A DNA stretch of 64,000 bases from Perna viridis. Its lineage: Eukaryota. Positions 38,461-51,900 of this stretch are shown here, piece by piece. How positions within the stretch are numbered: the first letter of the stretch is position 1; the number at the start of each line of letters is the position of its first letter. Where the stretch lies: the NCBI GenBank assembly GCA_037379345.1, contig CM074513.1:3968001-4032000 (forward strand), given 5' to 3'. The notes under the pieces were generated by a model, which was given only the letters and a program-made list of their open reading frames with translations, made no database searches and had not been told where the DNA came from. The position numbers and the translations under genes were made by a program.

Positions 38461-39294
38461 AGTTTTAGGACAGGAAGTGAACTAAACAATTAAGAACCTT
38501 AATTCCATTAAATTTTCAAATTAAGAAATACTCAAGCCATATGTGAATAAGAAATACTTTCTCCAATATAAGTTAACATATATCCTCAACACCAAAATAC
38601 ATAAAAATTAGATATTTCTATTCATGCAAGATCAATCCAACACTGGAAAAACCAAAACAAGATGTCAATATGTACTTGCCTTACCAGTACATTTTTTTTT
38701 TTTATAGAAAATCACATTTAAGAATATACCCCCAAAACCATATTTTCATATATTTTGGGTGAAAAGAAGAAAAATATAGATGTATGTACAGTATACAAGT
38801 ATTCCAGAGGGTTTCTGTCCATTATTAAAACAATGAAAATATTGAGTTTTATGCTATCTGTGGGTCCTACATCACCTTGGAAGAATCTTAAGTATATGTT
38901 TGACAAAGTAGCTTCATGTATTTTGCCAACTATTTAAAAAATTGCTTCAGCTTAGTCCATACATTTGTAACTTCAAAATTTGTATCTCCTGAAGATGGTA
39001 TCAAAAGAAACTAAACAGATAAAACATCTTTTAGTAGCAGACTTGTTCATACAAAATATGATTGGAAAATATTTAATTCAGTCCAAGTCAAATATTTCAT
39101 CCATATCATTCATTTTCAGCACCTTAATGGACTAATTCATGACTCCAATGGACTCCAATACATGAACAACACAAATTTTTTGTCTCTTTTAGTCCAGATA
39201 TTTTGGATATTTCAAGGTCTTATGAGCTCTACCACTTCCACATCTCCTACTTGTGTGCACAGAAAGATAAATAAAACAAGATATTCAGGACAAC

Positions 39295-39300
39295 TTTATT
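39295..39300 (-). terminator. Candidate TCERG1 polyadenylation signal
   Basis: AATAAA on the minus strand ~650 nt past the stop codon, followed by a TTGTTTTATTT downstream element. Confidence 0.5.
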
Positions 39301-39951
39301 TGAACTGACACATTCATGTCATACATGATAAAATGTTGAATTAAAAACCAACAAGGAATTTCTTAAATATGATGTCATAATGTTGATGTCTAAAATGATA
39401 AAATGATTGGGCCATGACGACTGACATAACATTACTTTCCTTAAGAATTTAAACTACCAATGAAATCCTTTGAATAATGAATAATATAATGAATTCACTA
39501 AAAATTCAAAATCTATGAAGTTGAATTTGGAAGATGAATTTAGCAATGTACAAGTACAATAAAATGTTAACGACTTGGACCATAATAAATACTCCTTCTC
39601 TGACCTAAGGAAGGGTACATATTTTACAATTTACATGTGTAGATACAGTAATTTTGAAAAGGGAACTTGCAAGCTACCATTGAACATTTTTGCCCACAAC
39701 ATCAAGAAAACTTTTCAACAAAATAGGGTTTCCAAAACCTAGAATACTCCCTTCCTCATTGACAATACTAAAATTTGCTACCTTTAAAATTTAAAAATGA
39801 TCTAAAGAATCGCACATGGTCAGAGAAGCAAAATATTAATGGCTGCCTTCTTCACTGTTACATCACAAGTCACATAGAAAACAAATTTCCACAAAATTGC
39901 AAGTTAAGGAGTCTATTCAAATGACCAATGAATAGGTCAAAGTTCATCAGA

Positions 39952-42900
39952 CTATTTGATTGAACGACGAGAGGGTTCTGAAGCGGTAGGAGGTGGGGGT
40001 ACTCCTTTCTTGGCCAGGTCATCCATATATTGTACCAAAATTTTAGCTCTCTCTTCGGCTACACAATCTAGCACTAAGTATCTCTTGTCATTCTGGAAGA
40101 AAAAAAAAAAAAAAACAAGACATCAAACATTTTAATTTGTAACACTTTTTCATTCAACAATTTCAAGTGATAGAGAGTAGTTTATCATAGAAATTCTACT
40201 TATAGACTAACATTGTGACTTTATATAACAGTTGGTACCTACCAACTTGACTTCAACCATACAACTGTGATGCCTAAGAGTACCATATCCCAACATTTGA
40301 GAATGTAATTTTTTTTTCCAAAAGTTAGCAGCCATTTAAGGGAAACAGGAAACCAGAGTCTCAAGAGGACCTATAAGACCATTACAAGACACAAGTCATC
40401 CGTCTTTGAACAACTCAACATTGCCTGTGGTGACGATGTTTATTTTGATCAAATAATGTACAGAACATATCTCATTTTTTCCCTTGAAACATATTTTTAA
40501 AGATCTAATGGGTCTCACACATCAATGCATTGCCTCAAGTGATGAACAGTGTGTCCATTCCTTATGTAACAGTTTATTGTACCTGTGTGAGGTTTCATTC
40601 CAATCAGCTAAATTACAAGAAACAGGGCTCATAAAAATGTGAAAGACATATAAAACAAATCTACGTCTATCCTAGAAATGATGGAGAGATAACAATAGTA
40701 AAAAACTCCCTATTGAAGCTTACCTGAAGTATTGTCTCTATATCCTTCAAATGTGAGTCGGATTCTTCTATCAACTGCTTTGATCTGAAAATAAATGAAA
40801 ATATGAGGATTCAGCAAGCAAGTATGCATGATATGTAAAAGGCACTACCTTAAATACCGACAAAGGCATTTTTCAGTCTAACGTTCAAATAAAAAATTAC
40901 AGACACTGTGTATCTGTGCTGAGGTTTAAATGGACCAAGTTGTCCTTGTTCATGTGACTATCGGTAATTTCCAAAATATCTTATTATATTTTAGGTCTTA
41001 TCATTTCTGCTGCAACAGGTATAGCAACTATGACATCCATACAATATTTGCTATCTTTGCTGGCATTCTCAAGAAAAAATGGTATCATACCACTACTACA
41101 ATACAAGAGAGTTTTTTCCACCTTTTCTATATATATCTTTTTACACACTGAAACTTTGTTATCCCACTCATATCAAATTTTATCAATTAGTAAGAGAACA
41201 AGTTCAACTACTTAAGAGTTAGCAGGATATTGAAATAACATCACAGACATACAAGCTTAGAAAAATAAAAATTCATTATTCTGGTTGAAACAAAGACAAA
41301 TCATGTCTTCACTTTTGGGTAGCTGTACAACTATAAGAGTTTTCAGTATGTTTAAGACAATCTTACTTGTAAGTTATAAGCTTGGTCTCCTTGAGTAACT
41401 CTCTGAAATCAGCCTTTGCTTGAACATATTTTTCTCTGAGATAATCATCAAACTCCTTTTCTCTCTTCTGCAATATAAAGTAACAATAGTAATAAGTAAC
41501 ACTTTCCAAAGTCTTAGATGATGTAATGACACAAAAATAAACCTAATCAAAGATGTAATGTATTTGGTTGAAATCATTTTAAAGATGTCAAATATTGAGC
41601 TTATTTTTATTTGTTGGGTACTAATTTTTCAGTTATTTTTGTGTAGTGTTGAACCAGGAAATTAAGATTCCACAAACAATAATTTCCAAACATGAATGTA
41701 ATATTAGTATCATTTAAGTGACATGGAGGAAAGCTATATCAAGCAGTGGAGATCCTGTTAACTTCTATTGTAAAATACAATGAAATATCAATTGTTTACT
41801 AGGCTTATATTGCCAAAGGGATGGATTTTCTTTCTGAAGAAAAAAATCACTGACAGGCAAGTGCTTTGGGGTATGTGGTGGTGCCCGAGAACCTAGACTT
41901 TTTATTTTTAGTCTATCCAGATACATACCTTATCACTGCAGATAGAAGAAAACTTTGTGTATCTTGGGTCTTCTTTGATCATCTTCTTAGCTTCTTTCCA
42001 GCTTGTTGTCAAGTTAATCTATCCAAAAATAATAAATCTGGCCGTCAAAATATTTCAAAAATTAAGTATAATCTTGAGTGTTAAAAAAAACCAAGCCTTA
42101 TTCTCCAGAGATATGTCCATCAAGCAAAACTTTAAATACGAACACTATCAACAGGATATTCAAAGTAAATCTTTTGCCCAGACCAATCTTAACCCAACCT
42201 AGACAAACTACTCCACACCAAAATTATCTGAAAAAAAAAACAACAGTGTTTTGCATACATCAAAACTAGACATCATGGAAAGTTCTTAATTCTAAACTCC
42301 AAAAGAAAACAAACCTCAGTAGTTTCATCCAGTAGCTTATGGAACATTTCTTTGCTCTTCTTGTAGAGATTTTCTTTGTGGTCCTCAAATATTTTTTCTT
42401 TCTCATCCCTCTCCAATAGTTCAGCCATCTCCCATCTATGATCCTTCCTCAACATTTTACGTGTCTCTCTCCATGATGAATCTGCGGTCTTTACCTAAAA
42501 CCACAAAATTCATAGTTTACATTCTCCCTATCACAGAAATTATTTTACAAAGATCAGCATAGCAGCAAAAATGTGCAAAAAAATTTAGTTAAAATACAGT
42601 AAAATAGAGAAACAAAGCAGATAAATTGGGATTTGAAAAAGTGGAAATCTACTAAATACATTTAGCAGTAGAAATTATCCCTGCTAATAAGAGCCTAAAA
42701 AAACTAATTACACACTAATAAATATTTTCAACTTGTATCAAACAGACAAATTCAAAATAACCATTGGACATTTCTTTTAAAAATTTCTTTGTTTGTTTTT
42801 TTTAGCTATTTTCATGAGGTTATTTGATTTTTATCCAGTCTTTATTTTTAATCATCAGTTTAACCTGTGTTACTTACCAGATCAGCTAATAAAGCTTTGA

Positions 42901-45900
42901 ATACTTCTATAGCTTCATCTTTCTTGTGTTGCTCCCTCTCCTTGTCTCTTTCCCTCAGGGAGGAAGACAGAGATTTCTGAACCTCCTCCTCACGTTTACG
43001 GATACTGGCTTCTATCCTTTCCTGTTTCTCTTTCTCTCTCTTTTCATCTCTTTTATCATCATCTTCCTCCGACTCAACCTTAAGGAAAAGAGAAAATAAA
43101 TAAATAGATAAAAGGATAAATTTACCAAACTATGTTATACTGATCATCATCAGTGATACTGCAGTGAGTCAGAGAAAAATAAGGCATCTAATTGGACATT
43201 TATCATACTCTAATTTGTTACAAAAAATATTTATGGGTAAAAACAACTTAGAGTGGCAATAACTTTTGCAGACTTATACTTGATGACAGTCCATATTTTT
43301 TACAGTTTTCTATGGAAATGAACTGTAAAATCTTGAACCTTCTGAAATTTAAACAAAGGTACTATGGAGATATTCACAATTTGTAAAGCGTAATTTGCAG
43401 TCAAAATTCATAGAAAATACAGAAAAACTGTACAAGTAAACCCCCTGGCTTTGCATAAATAATCCAATCAAACTGATATTCAAAATTAATCAGTATTTAT
43501 GATACTCAATAGACAAAGTTAAAAAATATCTTTCAATATCTTCTTTTAAATAATATCATCTTGAAATTTTAGTTTATTCCAGTTGATTTGAGTGGTCCCT
43601 TATACCCAGATAAACAATATGGACCAATCTACAACCAAAAATGTACGGAACCCTTTAGTTGAATAATTATACTTCTGTTGCACCTATACATCAACACTTA
43701 CCACCTCCAGCTTTCTCACATAATCCCTAAACCAATCCTCTCTACGTGAGCTACTGTCCACAGCTTTGTATCGAGGATCAGAGTCAATTTTACGTTTGGT
43801 CTCACTCCACCGAGAACTCCTGTCCAATCCAGAAGTCTCTTTCAGCAAGGCAATAAAATCAGCCTTTAACTACAAGAAAAGAAAAATACAGAGATGAAGA
43901 CAAAGTACGATATTTTTTTCATATTTTAATCAGTAAAATGGAATGGCAAAATATTTATTGAAGAATAATGTAAATTCATAGAAAGTCTGTCACTGAAAAA
44001 AGAATATGATTAGATTAAAACAGTGTACAACACCGAGCTGAAAAAGAGATGTCTGATTAAATTACAGTAAATTGAAGGAAGTACACACTTAGAAAACATT
44101 GATTCAAATTTTTTTTCTCTTTTTTAATCTTCTATTTTAGTAATAACAGATTATCAATTTATATAAGAAACAATCTTTATATCAACAAATAAAAATTTAT
44201 TAACAATGCTTGATGCACATCCAGAAAAAATATAAAAATCTTTGAAAAAGATTACACACCAGATTTCACACAATATGCCTTATATGCAATTAAGATACCT
44301 TCATTGGAAGGTTATCAAGCAATGGGGTGACTCTAGACCCAAATTTTGTTCTAAAAATTTTGATATATTTAAATAGTCATCACATAAAAAATGCTATTGA
44401 CATAAGGCATGAGAAGCTTGAAAGCCTATTTGGACATTGCCCATTCAGATAAATGCAAAATCAGAAAGGGAAAAAAGTACCAGGAGAATATCCGAATTTA
44501 TTTGACATCCCATTACTTGATTTTCAGTATACATTTACAAAACAGTACGATAGAGAAAACAATATAATATAAGAAATTAAAATCTTTGACAATTTATTGA
44601 ATTGACAATAAAAACCACTCCTTTACCAGAATAAAAATATTCATTTCTTGGAATATCAAAAGAATATACCATATAGCCTATCATTTCACAAAAGTATTTG
44701 CCATTCCAAAATATTCACCCTGTTTTTCTATTGTCAGTTCCCTGTTATGGAAGATATACTACTCCTTAGAAAATATAACCTTTTCCCCATAACTGACAAT
44801 GTTTTTAGAAAGAACCAATGATGCCTAAAAGACTAGCTATTGGATATAAAAATGTTTTTGACCAGTTACCGTGGAGCTTGGCAGATATGATTTTGAAGAC
44901 TGATATTCAGTTTTTAAAGTCAAGACAGAGACCCACATCAATCTAATTTCTCTTAAAAATCAAGTGAAACATTTTCTTTAAACAGAATAGGAATTCTTTT
45001 GTTTGCCACACTCTAGAATAGACTGTCCCAATTTCTGTTACACTCCATAACAATGAACTGACAGTTATTTGCACTGAAATCTTGCACTTCACTACTTAAT
45101 GACCTTTTTACCCCAAAACATTATTTTTCTCTCCACCAAACTTGTGGTGTGATCAAGATAAATTTTATCACCAATAGGCAAACAATGCTTACCAGTATGC
45201 ATACATGTACATGTTCTGTATTCAAAAACAGCTATTGAATGGCTAAGCAGATTTTTTTCACAATACATTTTTACCTCTTCATTTACAAACAGTGAGAATC
45301 AGACATCTTGAGCAATTCAATCTATAAACTGGAAGAGTTAGTCACAGATCACAAAACCCTAAGGCAATATTACTAAGGAGTACACCCTTCTAAAACTATT
45401 TAGAAATCTGGAGAAGTAGTGAGTGCAAGGTTTCAATGACCAAATTGATACAAACAGGCAAATAGAGAACTATAATAACTAATACCGCATGTTGGCCTTA
45501 AATTGATTGACTGTGGCTCCTGGTTTACAACAATCAGATTCAGCATCATGTGCTCTCGTTCTGAAGCTAGCCTCTTCAAGGGACAAATCAGAACAGTTAG
45601 ATCAAACAAATTACCAAAATTTAACTTTATTTTAACATCTTACAATGAATCGATTATTGAAATATTAATTACATGAAATTATTATAGTGGAAAGATTAAT
45701 AGGAAATTTCTATACCATTGTGGTAAAAAAAAAACAAACAAACAAACAAATTACGAAGGATTTATTCTTTGTGCCTTTAAATTCAGTATTATCCATACTT
45801 CAAAGAAACAATGTATTATATAAAACTATGAACCACATCAAGAGCACTTCTATGTCAAAAATATACATTATATTAAGTATTTGACTCTTTTTAAATTAAA

Positions 45901-48900
45901 AAAGCTGAAATAAAGTGCATGATTAGATCCTGAAACAGAAGTACATTTTAATTAAGGTTTCACAAATTTTTGCATATCACGTACATGAATTTACAAAATC
46001 TTTAATATTGTTCTTTTTGTGATGCAGCTATATTTTTCTCAGAAACAGAGGCCAGCATTCATAGACCCTATAATCCTTTTCTCATTAATATTAAAACAAT
46101 GAACAGCTAATTCAAACCAATTTAACACTCACACCAAATCTTCACAGGAACTATGAATGCTAACACCAGTTTTAAGAAGAAATTAATAAGCAACTGTATT
46201 TTATTTTGTATAATACCACTAACAGAGCAATAAACATTTAATAAAGTTCCTGAAACATAAACAGAGTTATTAACCATGCAAAAAAAAACAAGAGACTTTA
46301 ATAGAAATATCTATGTCAATGACTTGTTAACTGTAGTTAATCTAGTAATAGAAATTTGGTCCAATTCTTCTACTGTAAGTCTGTTATTAGAAAGTCAATT
46401 TTGTAGCAAATCAAGCCCAGTAAGCTTGATTAAGTTTTCCATGCGTATGCATAGTTGCAATGGCTGGTCAAGCCTTGATTTTTAACCAAGTCCTCGAGAT
46501 ATTATTTTTAAAGAAGTTAAGTTTTTTTTTAAATTGAAAAAGACCATGAAATTTTAATCAACAACTTTTTAATAACATTAAATAAATTGCAAGAAATGTG
46601 ACTGAAAATGACTGATTCTGTTACATTCACTCTTTTTCTGGTATATTTTGCTTTGTTTATAACAATCCAAAAATAACAAAATTGTTTTCAAATGCAGAAC
46701 TATTAATCTCATATATACTCTCAAAATTCTTCGGCTACAAAATAATACTTAAAATTTTGATTAAGTGAAAGAATAAGACTGACCATTCAGGTTTCAAGGG
46801 TGAAAAGTCCTTAACTCTTTTGAATCTTTAATGAAAGGATTCTATAAGAAAGTGAAAGGTCCACAGTAAAAGTAAACATAAATATAGTAGGTCAAGGACT
46901 TAGGAAAATAATATTTGAAAGACTCTGTATCAGAAACTGAAGGTCCCAGACCTCAGACTAATGCTAATTTAAATCCCTGGAAGAAGTAAATTTGTGTTTG
47001 GTAGTTTAACGTATACACCCACATCAACTTAGAAGTTAAAAAAATCCTTTCCCCCCACTCTCATAAGTAAAACTAAAAAACAAATCAAGCTTACCAGCCT
47101 ATATCTACTATTTAGAAGATATTGTCAACAATGATTACAAATGAAAGACCATTACGTCAACAAATTACAAAGCTTTTTTTATAACAAGTCTCTTGTCTTT
47201 ACAAGCACAGCCATAGGCCTCAAGTCTCGAGAAATAAAACTGAATTTTACTTGCAAGACACATAAATATTCAAATTCTAGGTCTCTTAACATAATAACAT
47301 TAAAATTAAGAAATAATGATCATCTCAAACTTAAATATTTAACGAGCACAAATAATTTGTATCCTCTATTACAATCAGCTAACAATCACAACTTGCATTT
47401 TTTTTTTACAAATCATAGTTATTGATTCTGTCAAGAAGTAAGTAACTATAAATAAATTTACTTTTCATGGCTTAAACTAATTACACTGAGCCAACCAAAC
47501 CTTACCATTATTTGGTTTGTGCTCAGGAAAGAACAGCTATATCAAAATATCATCAAAATGTTGAGACTTGAGGCCTTTATCTTATCTTCTAACTTACATC
47601 TTTCTCTGAGACCTACCTTTTCCCTCTGTAACGATTTCTCTTCCTTTTCCCTTCGTCGTAGATCGGAGCAGAAGTCACTGAAAAGAGCTTCTCTTTCTCT
47701 CATCTTTTCAATGCCTTTGAATCTTTCGTCCTTAGCATACTTTGCCGCAAACTCACTGAAGGATGACCTTAAATGGAATATTTATATCAAGTTTAATTAC
47801 AGTTGCTTTTCAAACAAAAAAAATATTCAATACATATGTTTGTAGCAAACATATAAGCAGTTCACTTTCATTATGTCAGATTGTTCAGGTTTGATATTAT
47901 TCATAAATCTTCTGGTGTGTGACAAGCTCATAAAGAAATTCACAGTTACTCGCATATAGCAAAGCCCCACTAGTGATACCCCATATCTCAACTTCAGTAT
48001 ACAGTCAAAATGTAAACCGAGTCATCAAACAGGAAGTCGTTGTAGCCCAACCCTAAAATCAAATCACAGAAAATCATACTGGGTACTCACTTTCCGTGTA
48101 ATTTAGCATCTTCAAGCAATGAACGGAAAGAATCCTTCTTTTCTCTGAGTTTGCGATGCTTTTCTCTTCTCTCTTCCTCTGCTCTCTCCTTGACATACTG
48201 CTCAAATACCTGCTTTCTCTCCTTGGATGTCAGCAACAGATACCTCTGGTCAAAAACAATCTTGTGGAGCTCCTTTTCCCAAGTAGAAAATGCAGAAACC
48301 TACAAAAAATTAAAATAAGGGCAATAATATTTAATTCCTTGAATCTTCAGCTTTTTAAAATACTGTTATCACAGAGACACGTCTTGTCTGTCACACAATT
48401 TTACTGCTATTCAATATTTGATGGTGACAACTGGGCATAAGCATGAAACAGATATAGAATTGTAATGTTGTAATGCTAATGCAATGCATACCAAATATGA
48501 CTGATCTAGCAAAAGCGAATCATATTAAACTGACTTACAAAGAAAACATTATCAGACCCATCGAAACCTGCCGGACCGTCAGACCTGTCCGGTAAAATTG
48601 TCCCGTGTCCGATAAATACATGTTGCTTGTCGGCCCATGTGTCCGATGTTTTTTTCTTACGTTAAAGAAGATTTTCTCAAAACCGAAGTGGTTTTTGTGA
48701 ATAATAAAACTAGAACGTTTTAATAATTACGTGAATTAGTCTACAGTCTAGCGAGATAGTCAATCAATTTGATTGTAAACAATAATATGTAACTTCCGGT
48801 TCATTCGCTACACGTCATTTCGTCCTTTGATATATCGTCCCTTCCGTTGTCTCGCTACTCGTTTACATGTGAAACATGCGGTCATTATATTGTCAAAATA

Positions 48901-51900
48901 ATAATGAAAAAAATAAATGAAACACAAAATACTGTTGATGTTATAATGACTAATGATGCAGATGTTGATATACTTGATGAAGAAAAGAATGATATTGATA
49001 ATGTACAAGTTGAAGTTAACTCAACACTTAACATTGTGGAGAGCCTTTGTGACAATGACAATGATGATGATTATGAAGACAGTGAATGTTTTGACTATCA
49101 AGATGAAATGTTGAATTTTGAAATGATTATGTTTTATGCCAGAGATTGAGAATAGATTTTATAATTTAATAACAATACTTTATTTCAAATTTAAAAAATC
49201 AATAATATATAATACAAAGAACTCAAAACAAAGTACACATGTTTCGTTTATGAAGACTCATCAGATACACTCTAGCCAAAATGAATAATGGTGACAAATT
49301 AACAAATTCAAGAGCCCATACCCAGTAGTTTTAAAATCAGCTTGATAATAAAATGTACTTGGAGATTCCCACCCCCCATCAAAAATGTTAGCATGTCGAT
49401 AAATTGTTCAGAGTTTTTTCGGTCAGACAAATTGTCGTTCGGTCAGTCAAGTCATCACCTTGTGTCTGACCGAATGTCAGATGTGCTTAAAAAAATTTCG
49501 ATGGGTCTGCATTATAATTTAACAAGAAATTTGACATTTCTAAATCAATAGACCGTGATTGTGAGGGCATATGCATGAAGCAGATACAGAATTGAAATGT
49601 ACTGATGTTAATGCAACTGCTTACACTATATAATTGACCTTGCACAAGTGGTTCATATTAAACTGACCTGATCAGAAAACTGAACATAAGATCTTAACAT
49701 GGCCCCAAATGCCAACACTTGAAAAGCAATACCCTACCCTCGCCTTCTGTAGCAGACGAAACAAAAAGAACAGAAAAGCCTATATACTAGTTGAAAGATC
49801 TGTATTGATGCATGACCAAATAGTAAACCTTTTGTAGGGTTTTATAACATGGCCAATCATTTGTAATATTTGTCAAGCTTCAACCCCTATATACTTACAA
49901 AAATAATAGGGTAAGATTCAATATATAGACCTGTTTGTGTGTGTGTGTGTGCGTGTTTGTCAGGTGGACTTACATCTTTCTCAGACAACATGTCTCTGAA
50001 CTGTTTCATCCTGATTTCCAGAGGTACAACAGCCCTCTGTCTGGCTGCTTGTACCTCTGCTTCTATGGCTGCTTCCTTTCCAACGTCAATGGTCTTCGGC
50101 CCACTTTCTTCTTCTTTCTTGTCTTCAACATCTGGGTCAAGCCTAAATTGCAATGACTCAGGTTAAAAGAAATTGAAAAAGCCAGTTGCATGGAGAGATA
50201 TCTAAAAACTAATATAACTCATTAAATAAAAGTAAATATATGTGTCCTCAACCATTTACAGCTAAACCAGTGATTTTATATTACAAAATTTCTTATTGCT
50301 TTTTCAAATAAGCCCATATAAAAATTCATACTTTTGTTTCTTCATCAGAGGTTCATCATTTTCTTCCTTCTTCTCAGCTCCTGAAAAAAGAACAATTTCA
50401 CTTTCATGTAATTTTCTAACAAATGCATTTGCTTATGAAAATTAAGATAATTTATAATCATTTCTTCAATTTGTTTATTTCCATTCTACCCAATAAAATA
50501 CACATCCTTCTCATCTGAAACCATGATTTACGATATGGCACCAAGACATTGAGCAATGAGCTACAGACATATGAAAAGCATGCATTTTTGGTTAAAAACC
50601 TGAGAATAATGTCCCTTTTGAAGTTGAGAAAATATCACAATGAAGTAATAGGGTGAAGTTCTGTCAATGCTTTCAAAACTGACATTTTTTGTTGATCTAT
50701 AATGTCTCAGTCCATTTGATGTAATGTTGTCATTGAAAATACCTTTCAGTATACCAGCTGTAGCCTGAAAATGAAACTATTAGGCAGTATGAAACAATGA
50801 AAAAAAAAAGATGAAAATGATGTATTTGACAATACAGACAACTTCTGTTACCTGGTTGACTTTGAACCATCTTGTCAACATCAGCTCTGCCTGCAAGCTC
50901 TTCTGGTCTCTCCCATAGAGATGATCGAGTACTTGGATTGTAGAAAAATACTCTGCTGTCCCCAGTCCATACAACACACCTGAAAACCAATTAGTACAAA
51001 CAGTAGACATATGGAATTCATTAGAAAAGCATGATTTAATTCTAAAAAAAAATGATTAAAAAAATATCAAAATCCCCCCATAAGTGCTATCACAAATTTT
51101 GCATCTTGCATCATTTATGAATTCAAGAATATACTCTTTTTGGAACCCAGAATGTAGTAAAAGTAAAAAAAAAACTTTTTCACACAAAACTACATGGCAC
51201 TATCAAATATATAATAATGCAGAATAAGTGAAATATTCAAACAACCTAATCAGACCCAGAAGGGATTGAAAAAGGAAGATTAATGACTTACCATGGAGTT
51301 CCAGGTACTGGGGTACTTGATACTGGCCTAGCTTTCTCTGCAGCCTTTTCTTCCTCAGATTTCTCATTGGATTTTTCATCTTTCTGTTCCTGCAAATAAA
51401 GGAATTTAGTCATTATTACCAGGCCAAAAAGCAATTTCATTTACATGTATATTGTATAAGCTTTTTCAACTTTTTAGAAGAGTTTTTCTAAAATTTACTT
51501 TATTTTTAATAAAATAAAACTTGCACCTTTTACAGAATACTCACTTCTTTGATTACTTCCTGCTCACTTGTTTCCATTGGTGTTTCTTCCACATGTCCAT
51601 TGAGTTGCGGACTCTCCTCTTTGGCAGGCTGTATTAGGGTTGGAGGGGGCTGTTGGGTAGCCTGAAGCTGGGCCATCTTGGCTGAAATGGGAACAAACCA
51701 GTATAAAATCATGGACTGAAAGTTAGGGATGGTCTTTTATCTAATTGGTTTCTGTTTATAACAAATCACAAGTTTACTTAATATGAAATGCAGCATAATA
51801 CAAAAACAAAATTATCAGATCATCACATTTTTTTTTGTACAATGTACTGAATGGTTGTATTTGAAGCTGATGTACTGGAAGTTATTTATATTTTTTACCC

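Noticed and set aside
42199-42227. Extra TCERG1 exon after a strong poly-T CAG acceptor (minus strand)
   Set aside because: It would be 29 nt and frameshifting with a weak donor, and the flanking exons already join in frame matching the known protein.
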